A DNA stretch of 64,000 bases from Tubulanus polymorphus. Lineage: Eukaryota; Animalia; Nemertea. The translations under genes were made by a program, and so were the position numbers. Positions 13,798-28,500 of this stretch are shown here, one piece after another. Under the pieces are notes generated by a model that made no database searches, was not told the DNA's origin, and saw only the letters and a list, made by a program, of their open reading frames with translations. The DNA lies in contig NC_134035.1 of the NCBI RefSeq assembly GCF_964204645.1, forward strand, positions 10,758,451 to 10,822,450, written 5' to 3'. Each line of letters opens with the position of its first letter. Positions within the stretch are counted from its first letter, which is position 1.

Positions 13798-16416
13798 GTT
13801 TTTATGTTTCGTGCAGTCTATGGAATTCTTTTCCGCAGTCGTTAAGGCAATGACCTTCATTGTTTTAAATCCGAAGTTGAAACCTATCTTTTAAATTGGC
13901 TTACTCTTAAACTATCTTTGCTGATTGCGTGGTTTGTTTCATAATGCCTTTCCTTATCGATGTGTCGACGTATATTGCGGACATTTCATCGTTCTACGCC
14001 ATTATATAGGCGAATAAATCATTACTATCAAAAGTGAAAAAAGAAACATCGGAAAAGGCAAGAAAGGCAAAGAAAAAAAAGGCAAGAGTGAGAATGGTTT
14101 CGACATCAAGAGGGACATAGCCTGTTTCAGTTCCCTATACTAAAGATTTACGAAAGGCCTTTCCACTAAGACACTTATCTCTACGAAGATTAAAAGTAAC
14201 GCCTGATAATTTACCGAAAATGCTATACCAGCATAATCTCGGATGAGCTTTTTTCAGAACGGGAAAGATAATGGCACCGAGTATAGACTCAGACAGGAAC
14301 ATTGAGATATTATATGGATGTATCTTGCAGGGCGTTAGTACGGGGTTATTTTCACTCGAGTTTTCGAGCTTTCCGCGTATACATAAACATCGAAAACAAT
14401 AAATAAGTTTCGAACCCGCGCGCGTTCGAAGAACTTCTCGGTTATAATTCAAAAGAAATACGTGTAAACGGGTTGCACGATCGATTTCTCAAATACTTTA
14501 ACGGCTCGTTGATGTTACCGTTGTCTGATTTCCATTAATGCTAACAAATAAAGGTGTATTAAACATATTTCATGTACGTGAACGCCTTCCTAGAAGTCTA
14601 ATCCCAAAAAAATGTTGATGAAATTCCGTATTTACTTCACTTTCATCCATAGCGTTGGTTCGGATAGTTTTGTCGGTCGCATCGGCGAATTCGTAATTAC
14701 GAGGAATGAAGCCACCTCGATACTGTCGGCGAGAATGCTGGTATTGATTATGCCGGTATTTATTTTCACTTTGCGGCTCAATATATTGCCGTCCCATGCG
14801 GCGACTGGTGTCGCCAGCAAAAACAATAGGTATTCTTCAATTTCCGCCTGGGGTTAATTCGTCACCGGAATTATTATAGATCGATTCGGAAGCTGAATTT
14901 CATTGTAAAAGCTTAGATCGACAGGGAGACGCGAGGATGGGGGTTCGATTTGGATCGGCCACCAGTGATTTACGACATTCATATTCTATTGAACATGCGT
15001 TAAGCCGATGTGTAGGGGAAGCTTAACCTGAAGCCGGATGCGCTAAGCCGTCCAACAGAAACAGTTTCCGTGTATTCTTTTTTTTAATTTTCACTGTAGC
15101 GCTTAGTCGAGGCAATGAAGTCGAGAAAAACACTTTTTTGTCAAAAAGTCAAAATTGAGCCTCGATAGTAAAATAATTAACAAAACGAATGCAACAGTCT
15201 CATAATCACCCTTTTGACGCCTATGATTTTCATTTTGCCTTCAAGCCAATTCTGACATTTAGGCTCTTAATCCGTAACTCCTACGTAATTACGACGTCAT
15301 TCAGTAAGCGGATATCATACGTTGGCGTACGGGCTATAATTCAGAACTTATCGTATATACTTTGGTAAACAAGACGGTTATAAATACTCTAATTTTTGAA
15401 GATATCAATTCAATACCGATGAATTAGTAATGAATAAATGGAACATGGATGAAAAAGCGATCAAGATCGGATGAAATCCTAACTCATCTGTCGAACGAAA
15501 CATTTCACCTGCCTTTTACTGGTGAATGCTACATTAATCCGTCGACTTCTACTACGTGATCAATAGATAATGATTTGATCTGCTGGGTAGAATGAGTCAA
15601 TCAGCCCGATGCGTTCGATAAAAAACCATCATTTCCATCTTATCGTCGCGTCTCGTTGAGTTTAGAAGCCTCAGATAGCGTCTCTTTATCCCGAAATCAT
15701 CAGCCAGCAAAGTCAAACACCCTGTTCCGCTCGCGGCAGGTGTGGCGGGCTTGTAAGGAAGGCCAACTCAAAACAAATCAAACGAAATCAACCGATCAAA
15801 TAAATAACAGGGTCAATCACGATTTTAAGATGTAAAAAAGAAATAATTTATTCAATCTTTCGTAATTTCAAACTGAAGTCTAAAAATGTCTTCCTTCGTC
15901 AATTATGAAGTTGTGGAGTAACGTCACGGGCTCAAAATAGGGTGGTTATCCTATTTCAATTAGATTTGAAATGCCACTTTGACATTTATCTAGTTTTCAC
16001 GTTTGTGTCGTAATGGTTTTCGAATTACCGAAGTTTCTAAACAGAAATGAACGGCAAATGCGAGTCAAATGCAATAATGTTGATAACAATATCAAGAGGC
16101 AATAACATATAGAATGTAACAATAAGCTTTCATATCAAATCTCTGCTTAACGCACCGATGACTTCGGGGGGAATCTTGGCGTTTATATATGTATATGTAT
16201 ATGATTGCGCGGCTGTTCGAGTTTCGGGTTACTCTCTCTCTCTCCCTTTCAATATCCTATCAATTTTTGCGCTTTCACAGATATCAGACGCCTCAACACG
16301 GTGTGTTATAAATTATCATCTATCTCAACCGATCGTTGTTTTTTCCTGTATAGATAGATGTACGTGTATAAATACATTTATACTTGAACTAGTAGAATGA
16401 CCACGCTGAAACGTGG

Positions 16417-16605
16417 AGATAAAACCCACTAAATAAAGATTAAAAAGTTTAAAAGATTCAAAAAATTACAAAGACACGATTTATGAGATTTATGACACCT
16501 GATGATGATCTCTAGTGTGAGATCGAAACGTCGTGTCTTTTAGATTTTTTGTATAAATTCTGAATTTTTAACTTTAAGTATGTATATAATGGGGTTTTCC
16601 TATCT
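16417..16605. mobile_element. Penelope-like terminal-repeat relic, divergent inverted pair (family P1)
   Basis: Left arm AGATAAAACCCACT...AAAGACACGA is a diverged reverse complement of the right arm TCGTGTCTTT...GGGGTTTT. The right arm begins with the hammerhead. Confidence 0.6.
16494..16537 (+). ncRNA. Minimal type I hammerhead ribozyme (PLE type), core intact
   Basis: GACAC-CUGAUGA-U-GAUCUC[UAGUGU]GAGAUC-GAAA-C-GUC/GUGUC: 5-bp stem I, 6-bp stem II, palindromic ACGU in place of helix III. Predicted cleavage after 16532. Confidence 0.8.
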
Positions 16606-16647
16606 TGATACAGTCGAGCTGATTCGACAGACTGCTCGACGCTTACA

Positions 16648-16854
16648 CAGTACACTCCGCTCAAGTCAGATCTTTTGGGCCCGTAAAAATGTGTCCGACT
16701 TCAGCGATATCTGAGTTGGATGTTTCGTGTTTCTTGAATGGTGTTACGAAAAGTATTCCAACAAACACCCGAGTTGAACGGTTATCCGAGTTGATAGGAT
16801 CCGACTCGGGCGGAGTCGACCGTTGATAGGATCCGACTCGGGCGGAGGCGACCG
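16648..16854. mobile_element. Tc1/mariner-pogo-type MITE with a tandemly duplicated right TIR
   Basis: CAGTACACTCCGCTCAAGTCAGATC...GATCCGACTCGGGCGGAGTCGACCG. The terminal 32 bp are duplicated (16790-16821 and 16822-16853) and followed by TA. Confidence 0.6.
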
Positions 16855-18236
16855 TATCCTAAAAACCGAAGAACTTTGACACCGTAGATTTCTTCTCAAG
16901 AAATCTGTTTCATGATATGTACTTAGCATATGTCCTCGCTCGTCGCGAGAGCCTTATTATTTTGAACAAATTGCATAAGTTTAATGAATCGAATTAAAAA
17001 CCTCACGAAGAATGAGGACATACGTAATGTACGTAACTCAACGCGGACCTAAGTGCAAAAAATTCGTCCCTCGGTATTTTCTCATTTCTTCCGAAGCTTT
17101 CCATATGTACATCTATTAAATATGAATGAAAACGAACGCGTTGCAGCGTAGAGAAAAATTTGATCAGCTTTAAAGTGGTGAATAGGGTCTCCAAACAGCG
17201 TCGAGTTACCGGCGAATTATTTTTCTTCGTATTGTTAGTGGCCTTTTTATAAGGTATCAAATACGTAAATATCATGCGATAATTTTTCTTATATGAAGAC
17301 ACCTTCGCGCGTCACTCTTTTCATCGAATTCCTTCGATATTCGTTTTTTGCTCGAAGATCTTTGGAAAAAAAAACACATCCCAGTGATTCATATCCGTAG
17401 GTAGACAATCTGTATGAACTTTTTGAAAAAGAGAATTTCCAACAAAATAAATGACAGAAAAGAATGCGATGTTGATAAGTATAGAAAAGGAGATTTCATC
17501 GTTGATTTATTTGGAAAAAAAATTGTGCGTAGATGAGACTTGGGAAAATTCTCCGACCTATTTTCAGCTATATTTACTTACAGCAAAGTACACAAACCCT
17601 TACTTAAAGTACGGTAATTATTTTCTAATCATGCTACAAAAAATTAGTCTACGTTGATTGATGAAAAAAGTTACCAACCTTAGCTTCTTGCGAGTTCGTT
17701 TCCGTCAAAAGTCGGCGAGTTTTCGATTTCGCGATCTTCTCGTTGCGTTTGATTTTTCGATAGTTTATCCGTCGCACGCAAGCTTATACAACACGCTTTC
17801 GTCCTTGTGAATATCGTATTGAGAAAAGGTTGCTGCAACTGAGTTCCTCGGTTAAATATGGTTGTGTCGGACCCACGCTTTCCCACTGACGCGCAATCGG
17901 TGAACGAAGTGACAAGTATACGAATGTATTCGTACGTTGTCGGAGCGCGCCGCAGAATCTCTCGTCTGCAGGTATCGTGTGCGCCGCGCGCCGCCGCTTA
18001 CCAGCTGCATCCTGGGAAAACTGTACATAGCCGTCAAGTGAAATCGTCTACCTCGTCAAATCATCCTTTCCAGGCGCGGATTCAGACGGTAGAACCGCAG
18101 ACAAATTTCTTGCCCTTTTTTCATTTTTTCATCCCAGAAGTAAAAATGGCGCAAAGTAGTCGTCCGTATCAATCCCAAAAGGGCACATTCTTACACGACG
18201 AGGCAGATACTTTTAAGCAAAAGGCAGGGCATTCTT

Positions 18237-18640
18237 CAGGGCTGGGTTTCATGGATGTGGAAGAAAGATAGTCCCTGGGATTATTTTGAAATTCATCAGT
18301 TATAACCATGGTTTCTCATTGTTACTATGATGGTTGTCACCTAGATTGAGGATAACTTGAGATAACCTATCCTAGGGATAACTTTGATACTCAGTCTATG
18401 AAACCGGGCCCAAGATTTCATCTTTGCTGCCTGGAAACCACATCTCAATGCAGTAAATTCTCTAGAAAAATTCATTTGAAGCTAGGACATTGCACCAAAA
18501 AGGAGTAAAATTTCAAAATTTCACTTGAAGGACCCCCGGACACCCCCTCGTTTATCGTGGATCAACAGACACCCTCGCTTCTCGTGAATTATATTCTTGT
18601 GTTGTGCTACCCTCAACAGTGGTGCCTGGATCCGTCCCTG
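18237..18640. mobile_element. Degenerate CAGGG-terminated non-autonomous DNA element containing a nested family-B-like MITE end (about 18300-18411)
   Basis: Right end CCTGGATCCGTCCCTG and a weak left end CAGGGCTGGG. The internal segment ends CAGTCTATGAAACCGGGCCC, like family B. No clean TSD. Confidence 0.4.
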
Positions 18641-19634
18641 CTTTCCTCATTATACATCATTATCGACTATATACTTCTACTGTTGCAGTTTTATACCGAT
18701 TCCTGCCAGACGCTCATTCGGGACCGCCTCAAAATTAATTTGTCATTGAATTCAATTCATCATCACTGATAAAATACTCAACAAGTGGTTTACTATTTTG
18801 GACGCCCGATAGAAATAAAATATATGCATCACAATATTTACATTAGAAAACAGTTTCGTCTTTCCATTGTTTACTCTTCAAATTACAAAATAATACCCAG
18901 TACCGTTATATATGTACCGGCGTGTTCGGAATCCAAACGTATCTCATGATCGTCGCCATCTTTATTCAATATCAGTCGGTGGCAGCGACGAAAAATTACG
19001 AAGCTTTTAGCGTCGAACTGCGGCGGTTATTTCGCGATCAAAGTCTAAGCGAGTATTTCAGAAAAGCCGCAGCCGCATCGAGATAATTTCTCGCTAAGGC
19101 GCAGGCCGCCAACTTATACATCTCCGCTCGACGCGCGGAGTGAAAAAAAAAAAACAATCTCTAGAAATCGAATTCACGTCGTTTAGTTCGCATTCAAATT
19201 TATTCAAAGCTGCCGTTAAATCGTAGGCGTATATAAACGAACTCTTCGTCGTTCAACGGCGAGATCGGCGACATTTTACTATACCCGTAGTTTATTTCAT
19301 CTATTATCGAGTCTACCACACCGGCGAAAGCAATTATTTTATTGCGCCAGCGCCGGGGTCCAACTGGTTTTAAACGGCAATTTTTCAAATTGCCGAACTG
19401 CGTCAGTTTTGATTCTGATTCACGAGAAAGACGACCATCGCGCTGTCGGCTGTTAAAACCGATTACCTGAAACTGTATATACGCGCGAGTGAGTGTATGT
19501 CCGTGTTTCTAGGACACTATTGAATGGGATTCTCACGCAGAAAGCCTCGTCGTTTCATGAATTATATATGGTGCAGTGCTTCATTGCATCTATAGCATGA
19601 GCATAATGCGCATACGCGTTGCATTTTCAAAATA

Positions 19635-19909
19635 TAAAGCCCATCTGCATACGAGAGGAAAGATCTTTTTCAATCTAGTGAGGCCCGACGGAGCCGCTTT
19701 TTTATTTAAAAAAAAACTGGCTTTTTCAGTTATACGGAAGTGCAACCCCAACGCTACAACGTTACAACGTTTGTCTAACCGAAAACCTCGCCTCCCCGAC
19801 ACTCTAGAATCTAATCGTGTAGATGCGCACTTTTCAAAATAATACAGGCCCCAAAAAACTGGTTCCGACGGAGCCGGCTTTTTAGTGCTTCCGTGTCGGT
19901 GGGCCTTTA
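19635..19909. mobile_element. Degenerate MITE
   Basis: TAAAGCCCATCTGCATACG versus CGTGTCGGTGGGCCTTTA termini, and an internal duplicated CCGACGGAGCCG..TTTTT. Confidence 0.5.
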
Positions 19910-20215
19910 GAAAATCCGTTGGATATTCGGTTCCGTCGGATATTCGTTTTAACGGTGACCGATTTCCATCGTGAAGCTGGACGTCAGGTACCGGGTATAC
20001 ACCCTTACAACTAAAATATCATAGCATCGAAAATTCATTGACGCACGGTCGAAATACGTATGCGGTCCCTGGTTTCGCATCGTCACTGCTCTCAATTTCT
20101 GCGACCGAAAATTATCGACGCACACGTTGGCTACCTGGATGAATCACCACTATAGCGCCTAGAAACTGGAAACTATGTTAGTGTTGTTTCGGTAAAACAT
20201 TAGTAAGAAACCCTA

Positions 20216-20463
20216 GGGCCAGTTGCATATTCATGGCTTAGATTCATAAAGACCGGTCTAAGACTAACTTAGTTCTATACCCGATCTAACAACTTTAGAT
20301 ATAAGACCACTTTTGGACTTAGTCACGACTGTGCAACTCGGCTAGGGGGCAGTTGCATATAGCCACGGCTTAGATTCAAGGCTTAGTCTATTAGACCATC
20401 TTAGTTGTATAGCCTTTCTAACAAGACCAGTCTTAAGATTTAAGTCGGACTATCTATGGACTG
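20216..20463 (+). mobile_element. MITE family C, two adjacent copies
   Basis: GGGCCAGTTGCATA..ATGGCTTAG...TTAGTCACGACTGTGCAACTCGGC, immediately followed by a second copy starting GGGGCAGTTGCATATAGCCACGGCTTAG. Confidence 0.7.
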
Positions 20464-21474
20464 AAATCATTACTATGCCTCTGCAGTTGCGTGTCATCCT
20501 ATATCTGTTAACTAACTCGTTGAAGTGGGAATCGGTTATTATGGGTTTTTCTGTGACAACGAATGATATTTGTTTCTATTCCGCGACTAATGCGGTTTTT
20601 AAGTCTATACGTTAGCGCGGAGATACTTACTCTTTTGCTAAGCCGCTCGAAGCGTCTTAAAAGCGTAACGGGGGTTTAACGATTTTCATATCCTGCGGCA
20701 GTTCCTGGAAAATTTCCAGACGCTCGCGACTACAGATTCGGCGTTACACGTTTCTGCGCTTTTAGCGACAGCGACGGATTTTCCCCTCGGCGATCCGACG
20801 AGTACAAAAAACTTACCTACACGCGTCTTAGTTCTTTGAATAGAACTTGGATATGATATAGTGAAGAGTCAGGAAATTGAAGCTTTCTTTACAAATCGTC
20901 TTGTCGAACCGCTGTTTCATTCGCCAGACCAGGCGCTAAATACTTTCTGAATGTTATGTTGCTTCGAACATGAAAGCTACCCTTATCTTGACCTCGCCTG
21001 GTTTTGACCCTTCGTGGCCGTATTTATTTGCGTGTAATCTTTTCTCACTCAAAGCTAAGAGCATTACGAGCAAAACTTTGACTTAAACAAGAAGTGCGAA
21101 AGTAATATTTGCATCCTCGTATCCAATAACTTTTGGTCGTTTCGGCAATTTTCCAGCTTTGACAATGCTGACTACCATTACGACGTCACATGTATGACCT
21201 CTGATTCGAGGACTGGCAGAAGCTTATTTGGTTTTGTGTATAAATTCGTTTTATGCCGTCACCGAATACATCCTCGCCACTTCGTAAAAGCAAACGCTGC
21301 CAGATTGCGGTATCGCTCTTGCGTAAACAGGATTTAGAAATGTGATCGAAAGCGCCGACCGCAGAGAAGAGAAGAGAACAGCAATCCTATTCGCGCCAAG
21401 GCTTTGTGCGGCACCGTATACGCGATGATAGGATTTGGAGGATGAGAAATACTATACCCATGAATGGATACGGA

Positions 21475-21868
<394 letters not shown>

Positions 21869-23153
21869 ATATTTTGGCGTCCCTAAAATCACCCAAAAAT
21901 ATTGGCACCCGACTAAAATGTTCTGCCGGAACTCGGTGAGTCACCTCACTATAAACCGACGAGCACTTTGGAAAAAAAGAGATCGTTTATTCGAGATACT
22001 CGTACAAACTAGTGCGACTCCGAATTGTATCTCTATAGAGGTAATTCAAAATTGATAAGACTTAAAGCAGATTTTATCATTTCGTAAATTGTTCATTCAT
22101 TTTATGTCCATCGGCTTGAATTTTATTATCTTATTATCACCTTTGTAACGTTTTAATGTAATTTGATTCGTGAATAAAGAATAATAATAAAGAAAAATAA
22201 TAATATTTGTTAAATAATGATTATTAACCAAAAGACACCCATATTTTCTGTGTCTTTTGGTTTTAATTTTTGATTAATAAACTTTGGCTCGTAATAAATT
22301 CTGCAAATTGTGTGGGTTTTAAACGTATCAAGTAATATGTTCGAATTGTTGTATATGGCTGCAAGAGTTTATAGGTTTGAAATCCTCTTATCCTTTTGCG
22401 TGCACGACTTTCAGCGAGTGAAGCCGTTTTCGCTTGTTTTCTGGTATTTTTTCGTGGTTCCATTAGCACATCCTTTCGCAGTTAATAAAACTTAAAAGGT
22501 GTTAAAGAGTGCGGCGCGTTGCGATGTGAAATTGATACATCTCCCAGGGCGATGTATGGCGATTAACAATTCTCCGAATAGTGGATTTTGGTGAATCGAG
22601 TAAAAATTTGATATTTTTCGTGGTTTTGACGTATGAATAATAATACGCAGTGAAATCTAATAGTGCGCTTTATGACGAATGTGTTCAGATGTGTTTAGAT
22701 CGAATTTCGATGATTTGAATTTTGCAAAACATAATATTCCCCATTTATTCAAATATTGAAAGCTAAATAAGCCTGTAGGTAACAATCGCCCTGTTAAAAC
22801 TACAAAGCTCGATTTTCTATCAAACAAATGCATAAAACCTAAATGAACATATATCATACTTAGTAACATCTAGGAATACATGCACATACTAGATTTTTAA
22901 TTATTACTTTTAAACTATAATTCAGAGAGATTTTCGAAACTAAGATGTAATTTTTAAAGCATGTTGCTTGCTTAGTCACAAAATAATGTTATTTTAAGTC
23001 ATAGCTTGGTAGGAGACACAGATTTTCCAAGGCGAATATTGTTAAAAACATCACGGAGTATTTGAAATTTTTGAAAACTATTAAAGTTTATAGAAGTTTT
23101 ATTATACAAGAATATAGCAGTATTTTGTTGAGCTTTGCTGTGAAATCAAATTT

Positions 23154-23215
23154 TGGGGGATTTTTACCGAGGTGAATTTTACCTGGGGGATTTATACCTA
23201 GGGGGATTATTACCT
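23154..23215. repeat. ~16-bp tandem repeat GGGGGATTTTACC-like, 4 copies
   Basis: Direct reading; probably a subterminal repeat of a DNA transposon. Confidence 0.6.
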
Positions 23216-23513
23216 TTTACTATTATCTACATTATCAGTCACGACCCCGTATGTTACGTAATAACACAAATCCGAAGACGAAATGATAGAATCGCGCATT
23301 ATGATTTAAAAGAGAAAGGCATTCAACCTGTATTGGCTATGGAGAGCCGCTAGAAATACGTTTTTATTTCTTTCTGATAGATTCGTGGATAAACAGCGTC
23401 TCTGCGCCGTGTGCGAACAATCCAAAGTGTTGCGACCGACGCCTCTGGCTCGAGCGAAATGAGAAACTTTGAAATGCAGCTCGATGCAAAAATGTTTTTG
23501 AGCTCTAAACGGC

Positions 23514-23718
23514 AACATAACGTCTAGCCCGCGGAGTTGAATATGGTTACTGGCACGTTATCAAAGGGTTGGCACTTTCGTAGTTCTACGGCGGTATCGC
23601 AGTCAACGGATCGCTTTTCACAGCCGCAGAACAAACTGTGTGCACGTGAACTTGAAAATCAGGTCAATGCTTTTAAAGTAAACATAACGTCTTGCCCGCG
23701 GAGTTTAATATGGTTACT
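23514..23718. repeat. About 35-bp direct repeat 167 bp apart (degenerate tandem duplication)
   Basis: AACATAACGTCT(A/T)GCCCGCGGAGTT(G/T)AATATGGTTACT at 23514 and 23681. Confidence 0.8.
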
Positions 23719-23745
23719 CTGATTCGCAGTTTTTTTTCACACCAG

Positions 23746-23849
23746 GCCCCAGTTCCACAGTTGTGAGTTAGAGTTAACTCTGAGTTAAAGTTAGTTCATT
23801 TTCAATGTTTTAACTCACAAATTTTAACTCACGACTGTGGAACTGGACC
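23746..23849 (-). mobile_element. MITE family A
   Basis: GCCCCAGTTCCACAGTTGTGAGTTA...TAACTCACGACTGTGGAACTGGACC, with CAG duplicated on both sides. Confidence 0.85.
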
Positions 23850-25151
23850 CAGCAGACCAAAATGCGTTTTGTTTTTTCTCCCCTAACCTCCATTTTACAT
23901 GTAGCCTACAATTCATATTCTAACATTGTTTGAAGCCCACGCGCGTCTTGCTTATCTAATTACTAGATTGAAACTGACTTGATCTATTGAAGTGTAAAGC
24001 GAATGATGAAGATACATTGAATTTAGCGGATTTCTCGCTGTGTTTAGAAGAGTTCGCGAGGGGGTCATTGATTAAAAGCGTTTTGTTTCTATTACTGATT
24101 CGTGAGATTTTAAAATTCAGCGCCGCTTAGAAATATTCACCTCAGATAGAATTAAATCTCGAGGCAAGCGCCTTCGCGATGAATGCCCGCGGCCACGTTG
24201 GCTTTTGAGCTATCTAATCCCTTAACAAATTACACCGTAAATTGATTATGTATTTATCTTAAAACATCTTTCATCTTGAAGTCGAGAAAAAGGCTCGCCT
24301 TAAGGTTTAAGGACTTTGATCAGCAATTCGTTTGATACCGAGAGATTTCATCTTACTTATCCGCAAAGAATACTTTGTTTATATTTTTTCCAATCGCTCG
24401 GTATATACTTGGTCAGTAAAGAAAAAAATCCAACCGTCAAAAATTCATATCTGTATAAGCAAACGAGGCACGTAGGCCTTTTTGAATATCATATCAAAGT
24501 GGTTGAATGTAAGCTTTCTTATATCAGTATCCAGGCGTAAATATATAAGTCGATATCAGCACGCGTCTGCCCGAAAAAAATCCATCACATTTCGCTCGCC
24601 AAAATAAAATCAACGAGATTGAAACGCCAAGGATGTAAGCGACGCAGCTCGCGGGTGCATAAAATAAGACCTTTAGATGTTTTAAGTCACAAAATAAGCG
24701 GCATCAACTTGAAAATCTCCGTATTGAGTGCCGGTGAGGATTTCAAAGCGTTCGTTCTCGCTGCGAAGATTAGCATTCTGCGTTTTCCGTCGCGGAATAA
24801 AAGACAATCCTATTCTGAAAATGTACGCGCGACTTGCCGAGGAAAAAACGAGTTTTCCTCACTTTTCCTGATGTTGATCGTCGAGCGAAATCGTCGCCGA
24901 TTCCAGCCACGTATTCGCTCAGAATAATGTACAAAACGAAACGAACGTGTATCCTATTACGATTCAAAGAATACTGTCAGCGCAAATGTTATCATTATCC
25001 GACATATCATCCTATAACGGTATCTAGAAATTGACGATGGCGCTCCATAAATATTTGAATAAGTTGATGATATGAATCCAAATGGATAGAGTTAAGAATG
25101 ATGTCGTCTTATTAAGATATATGGCAATCTGATATCATACTATGCACGTTC

Positions 25152-25598
25152 TACGAGCGTCACCAGGGGGATTTGGGGTTGCAACCGACCCCCTTTTTTA
25201 AATTTAGGATCCACTCATTTCATTAAAAAGGCCACAATCTTCAAATGATTTTTTCATTGGGACTCGAACCTATAAGATCGACTAAGATGATTGGTAAACG
25301 CATCCGAGGCACCTGATATTCAAAATCTTCTAAGGGAGAGGGCGCCTCAACCTGCTCTGGGATAGGCTGGCTCCGTTGGTGCCCGTGTTCTACGTATTGC
25401 CGATTTAGACTCCCCGCTAAAAAAAAGGACAAAATGATCTTCAACCTTGTAATATAATTATTTCCAAAATTTCGATGTATCAAATTAGGCTTCCAAGAAA
25501 ATTAACCCCAATCAGTCGCTAAATTTGACCGTCGATCACACAACTATATCTGAACTTCGATTTCTGATTTCAAAATCAAACCCCCTGGTTCGCTCCCG
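25152..25598. mobile_element. Non-autonomous DNA transposon with short TIRs
   Basis: GAGCGTCACCAGGGGG versus CCCCCTGGTTCGCTC termini. Confidence 0.5.
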
Positions 25599-28500
25599 GC
25601 GGAGGAGTGGTGGCTTTGTGAGGGACACTCAATAAAAAAAAATCAAACGAAATTTACCTAGCAAATATATAACTAAGAGAGTCAATCCCTATTTTAAGAC
25701 ATCTCTGGTTTGCCCATGTGCTTCTCTAACATGGCTTCCTACGTGTATGTACATATATATCATATATAGGAAGCGAGATGGTTAATGGAAATTGAAGTCG
25801 ATAATTAGGAAGTACGCCATGAAATCTAAAATACGAATTGCCGCTGGCATGTAGGGTTTGACGAAAATGTTCATGATCACTTTAGGGGAGTGCGTGAATT
25901 TGCTCGAGAGGTTCTCCCGCGGGACGCGACTGCAGAGGGCAGGATTCGGCTCGGCGTCTTTAAAATCGTGTCGACGCCGCCGCGTTCCGCTCCCCGTAGA
26001 ACCGGATAAATGAAGTATACGTCAAAAATCGTTTAACCTTTACGTCGAAATAAAAGCTTGCCCGTTGATCCGCGTGGAGTTCTTTAAAACGATGTTTCGA
26101 GAACCGTTTTAGCCTACCTGGAATAATTGAAGCTTTCAGCTCGCGGATATTATTCAGACCGGCAAGCGTCGTTCGTCGTAAATATCATCAGCAGAGCGTG
26201 AAAATATTTCTCATAGTTTTCACGATTTCCTAGGATTTGTCTAAAGTGATTAAATTCGCGATTGAGAATGATAATTGTTCGTAGTTCCTGTGTATGTATG
26301 TAGCAAACAGAACAAGAATACTAACTTGAAAGTTAATTGACGCCTTGTGAAATAATCGCTTAAACTTATCGACAAAAAAATAATATAACATTAATTTTAA
26401 GGATCAATAAAGATATCTTGGATTTGAATAACGATAGTTCAATTGAATTGATCGGCAACCAGTCTAGCCCCGATATATTGTTGACGTGGTGCGCATCCTC
26501 TCAAATATAACTATCAGATTTTATCGAAAATATAAGTTATGAGTTATGAGTACAATTACGAAATAACCGCGGTTGCAATTCACGATTGTAATTTTGATTT
26601 TGAAACGCCAATTTTGATGACGCAGTGCACGTCGAATCGACCCTGTATAGACGTGTGTACTGTTTTAGTGACGTGAGAGATACGCTCTTCACGCGTGTAT
26701 ATAATCTGCATAATAAACATTACTTGCAATGGCGATCTGCGTGGAATCAGTGATCATATTCCAGTATAATTACCTCGTATATCCTGCCATAATCAAGAGG
26801 CAAAAATTATTTTCTTTTCATGAGCGTAGCAATCGACGATAATACAGGGTGTCCCATTAATTACTATACATAAAGAACTGCCTGTATCCTCCACATGTCT
26901 TAATGAAATGTTTCGATTTTCCACCAAATGATAGAATGTAACGGTACTTTTTGATTATTATCGTGGTTGGTATGGTAATTTGCTTAGTGTATATTGCGGC
27001 TACTCATTATTGAACCAGCCATTCGTGATTTAATTGAAACAATATTTTACTGCGGATAAGATTAGATGAAATTCTATAATAGCTTTTTTAATCGGGCGAG
27101 TTACTTTGCTGGTGATATCAAAAGCATCTGTGATAAGTTGATGGTGTTAAACGCGTAGATAAGTTTGTTAGGTGCGTCGCTACGACACACCGCATACGTA
27201 GAAGCGATCGTCGAAAAGATGGATGCGCCATTTTCCCGAAGCCGCGTGTAACGGGTAAAGTAACCGCCTGGTTCGTTGTTCCCGGTAGGCGTGTCAAAAC
27301 TAATAAATCGAATGAAATAAGAGGGACAGTTCAATACCAGAAAGATCCCCCTGGAAAATATAGCCTCCGTTAGAAAATCCATTTTAGCTATAGTATTTAG
27401 TATTGGCATAGAAGAGTTAACCAGTTCACGTCGAGTCCCAAACAAGTTTGTTTGTATTATGTAGGTATGTACGTGAAAGTGTGGAGATAATGGATATACG
27501 CCGTATAGAAAACCGATTCTGAAAAAGATAGGAAATATGTCGCCGAACTACAAGAATACAATATCTGTGAAGCATCGGAATTTATGTTACTGAGGGTAGA
27601 TGACCATCAACGGCGACGCACTATCGAGTCATCGTGTCTACTTCTGTGTTGAAGATGAGTCTGGTTTGCGGGGGTCTTATAGTAACATATATATCTCTCT
27701 GTCTCTCTCTGTGGATTAGGAGAAATGATATAGAGATCTTCGCTTAGGGAATTAAACGAGTGATTCGAGGAGTTGATGCGTCGACTACGCAAAGAAACTC
27801 TTTTAGGAACAAGCTATTTGTGGTCGAAATCGCTAGAATCAGCCGAAAGCGAACATTTGTTTTGAATAACGACTTAAAAAATGTCGAAAGCATCAGATTC
27901 GGGATCTCCTATTACGAGTATATGAGATACTGTCTGGGAAAGGTTTAGATTTAATTCTAAGCCTCAGTAATTGAAAAGACTGACGTTTACTTTTTTAATC
28001 GCGGGTATTGGATTTCGTATATACTCGTCTCACTGTATAATCATATAAGGCCATTCATTCTAGATGACTTTTAATCGGATTACAGAGATATTCTAACGGC
28101 TTTTGCAATGATTAAAAACCAGTTTGAAAAAGCGCAACCTAAATTAAGCCACAAGTTTCGAGATATGAATCGGCAAACGTAGACCACAGTCCTGTCAATA
28201 TGCACTATACAACCGGCATCTTTTTGAGTTTGAAATATATGCGACGTATGACGCCATATGTTGTAGCTCCCGATTCGGTTGGGCGCTGATTTTTGAGATC
28301 GATGATATTCTATTGACAATGTAGAAACCTGTTATAGGAAGGAAATGCGTAACACATGTTTGGAATTCAAACTGCTGCCACAAGGCATATCATACACACA
28401 CAAAAAAATGCGCTGGAAGCTGAATGGTTCTGTAAACGAAAGGGACGTAACCTAAAAGCCACCGGGAAGTGAATTAATAAACAGTTTTCCATATATGAGA

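Noticed and set aside
17858-18271. 137-aa ORF and other 60-140 aa ORFs in the track
   Set aside because: No recognisable domains, codon pattern or splice context; consistent with random ORFs in non-coding DNA.
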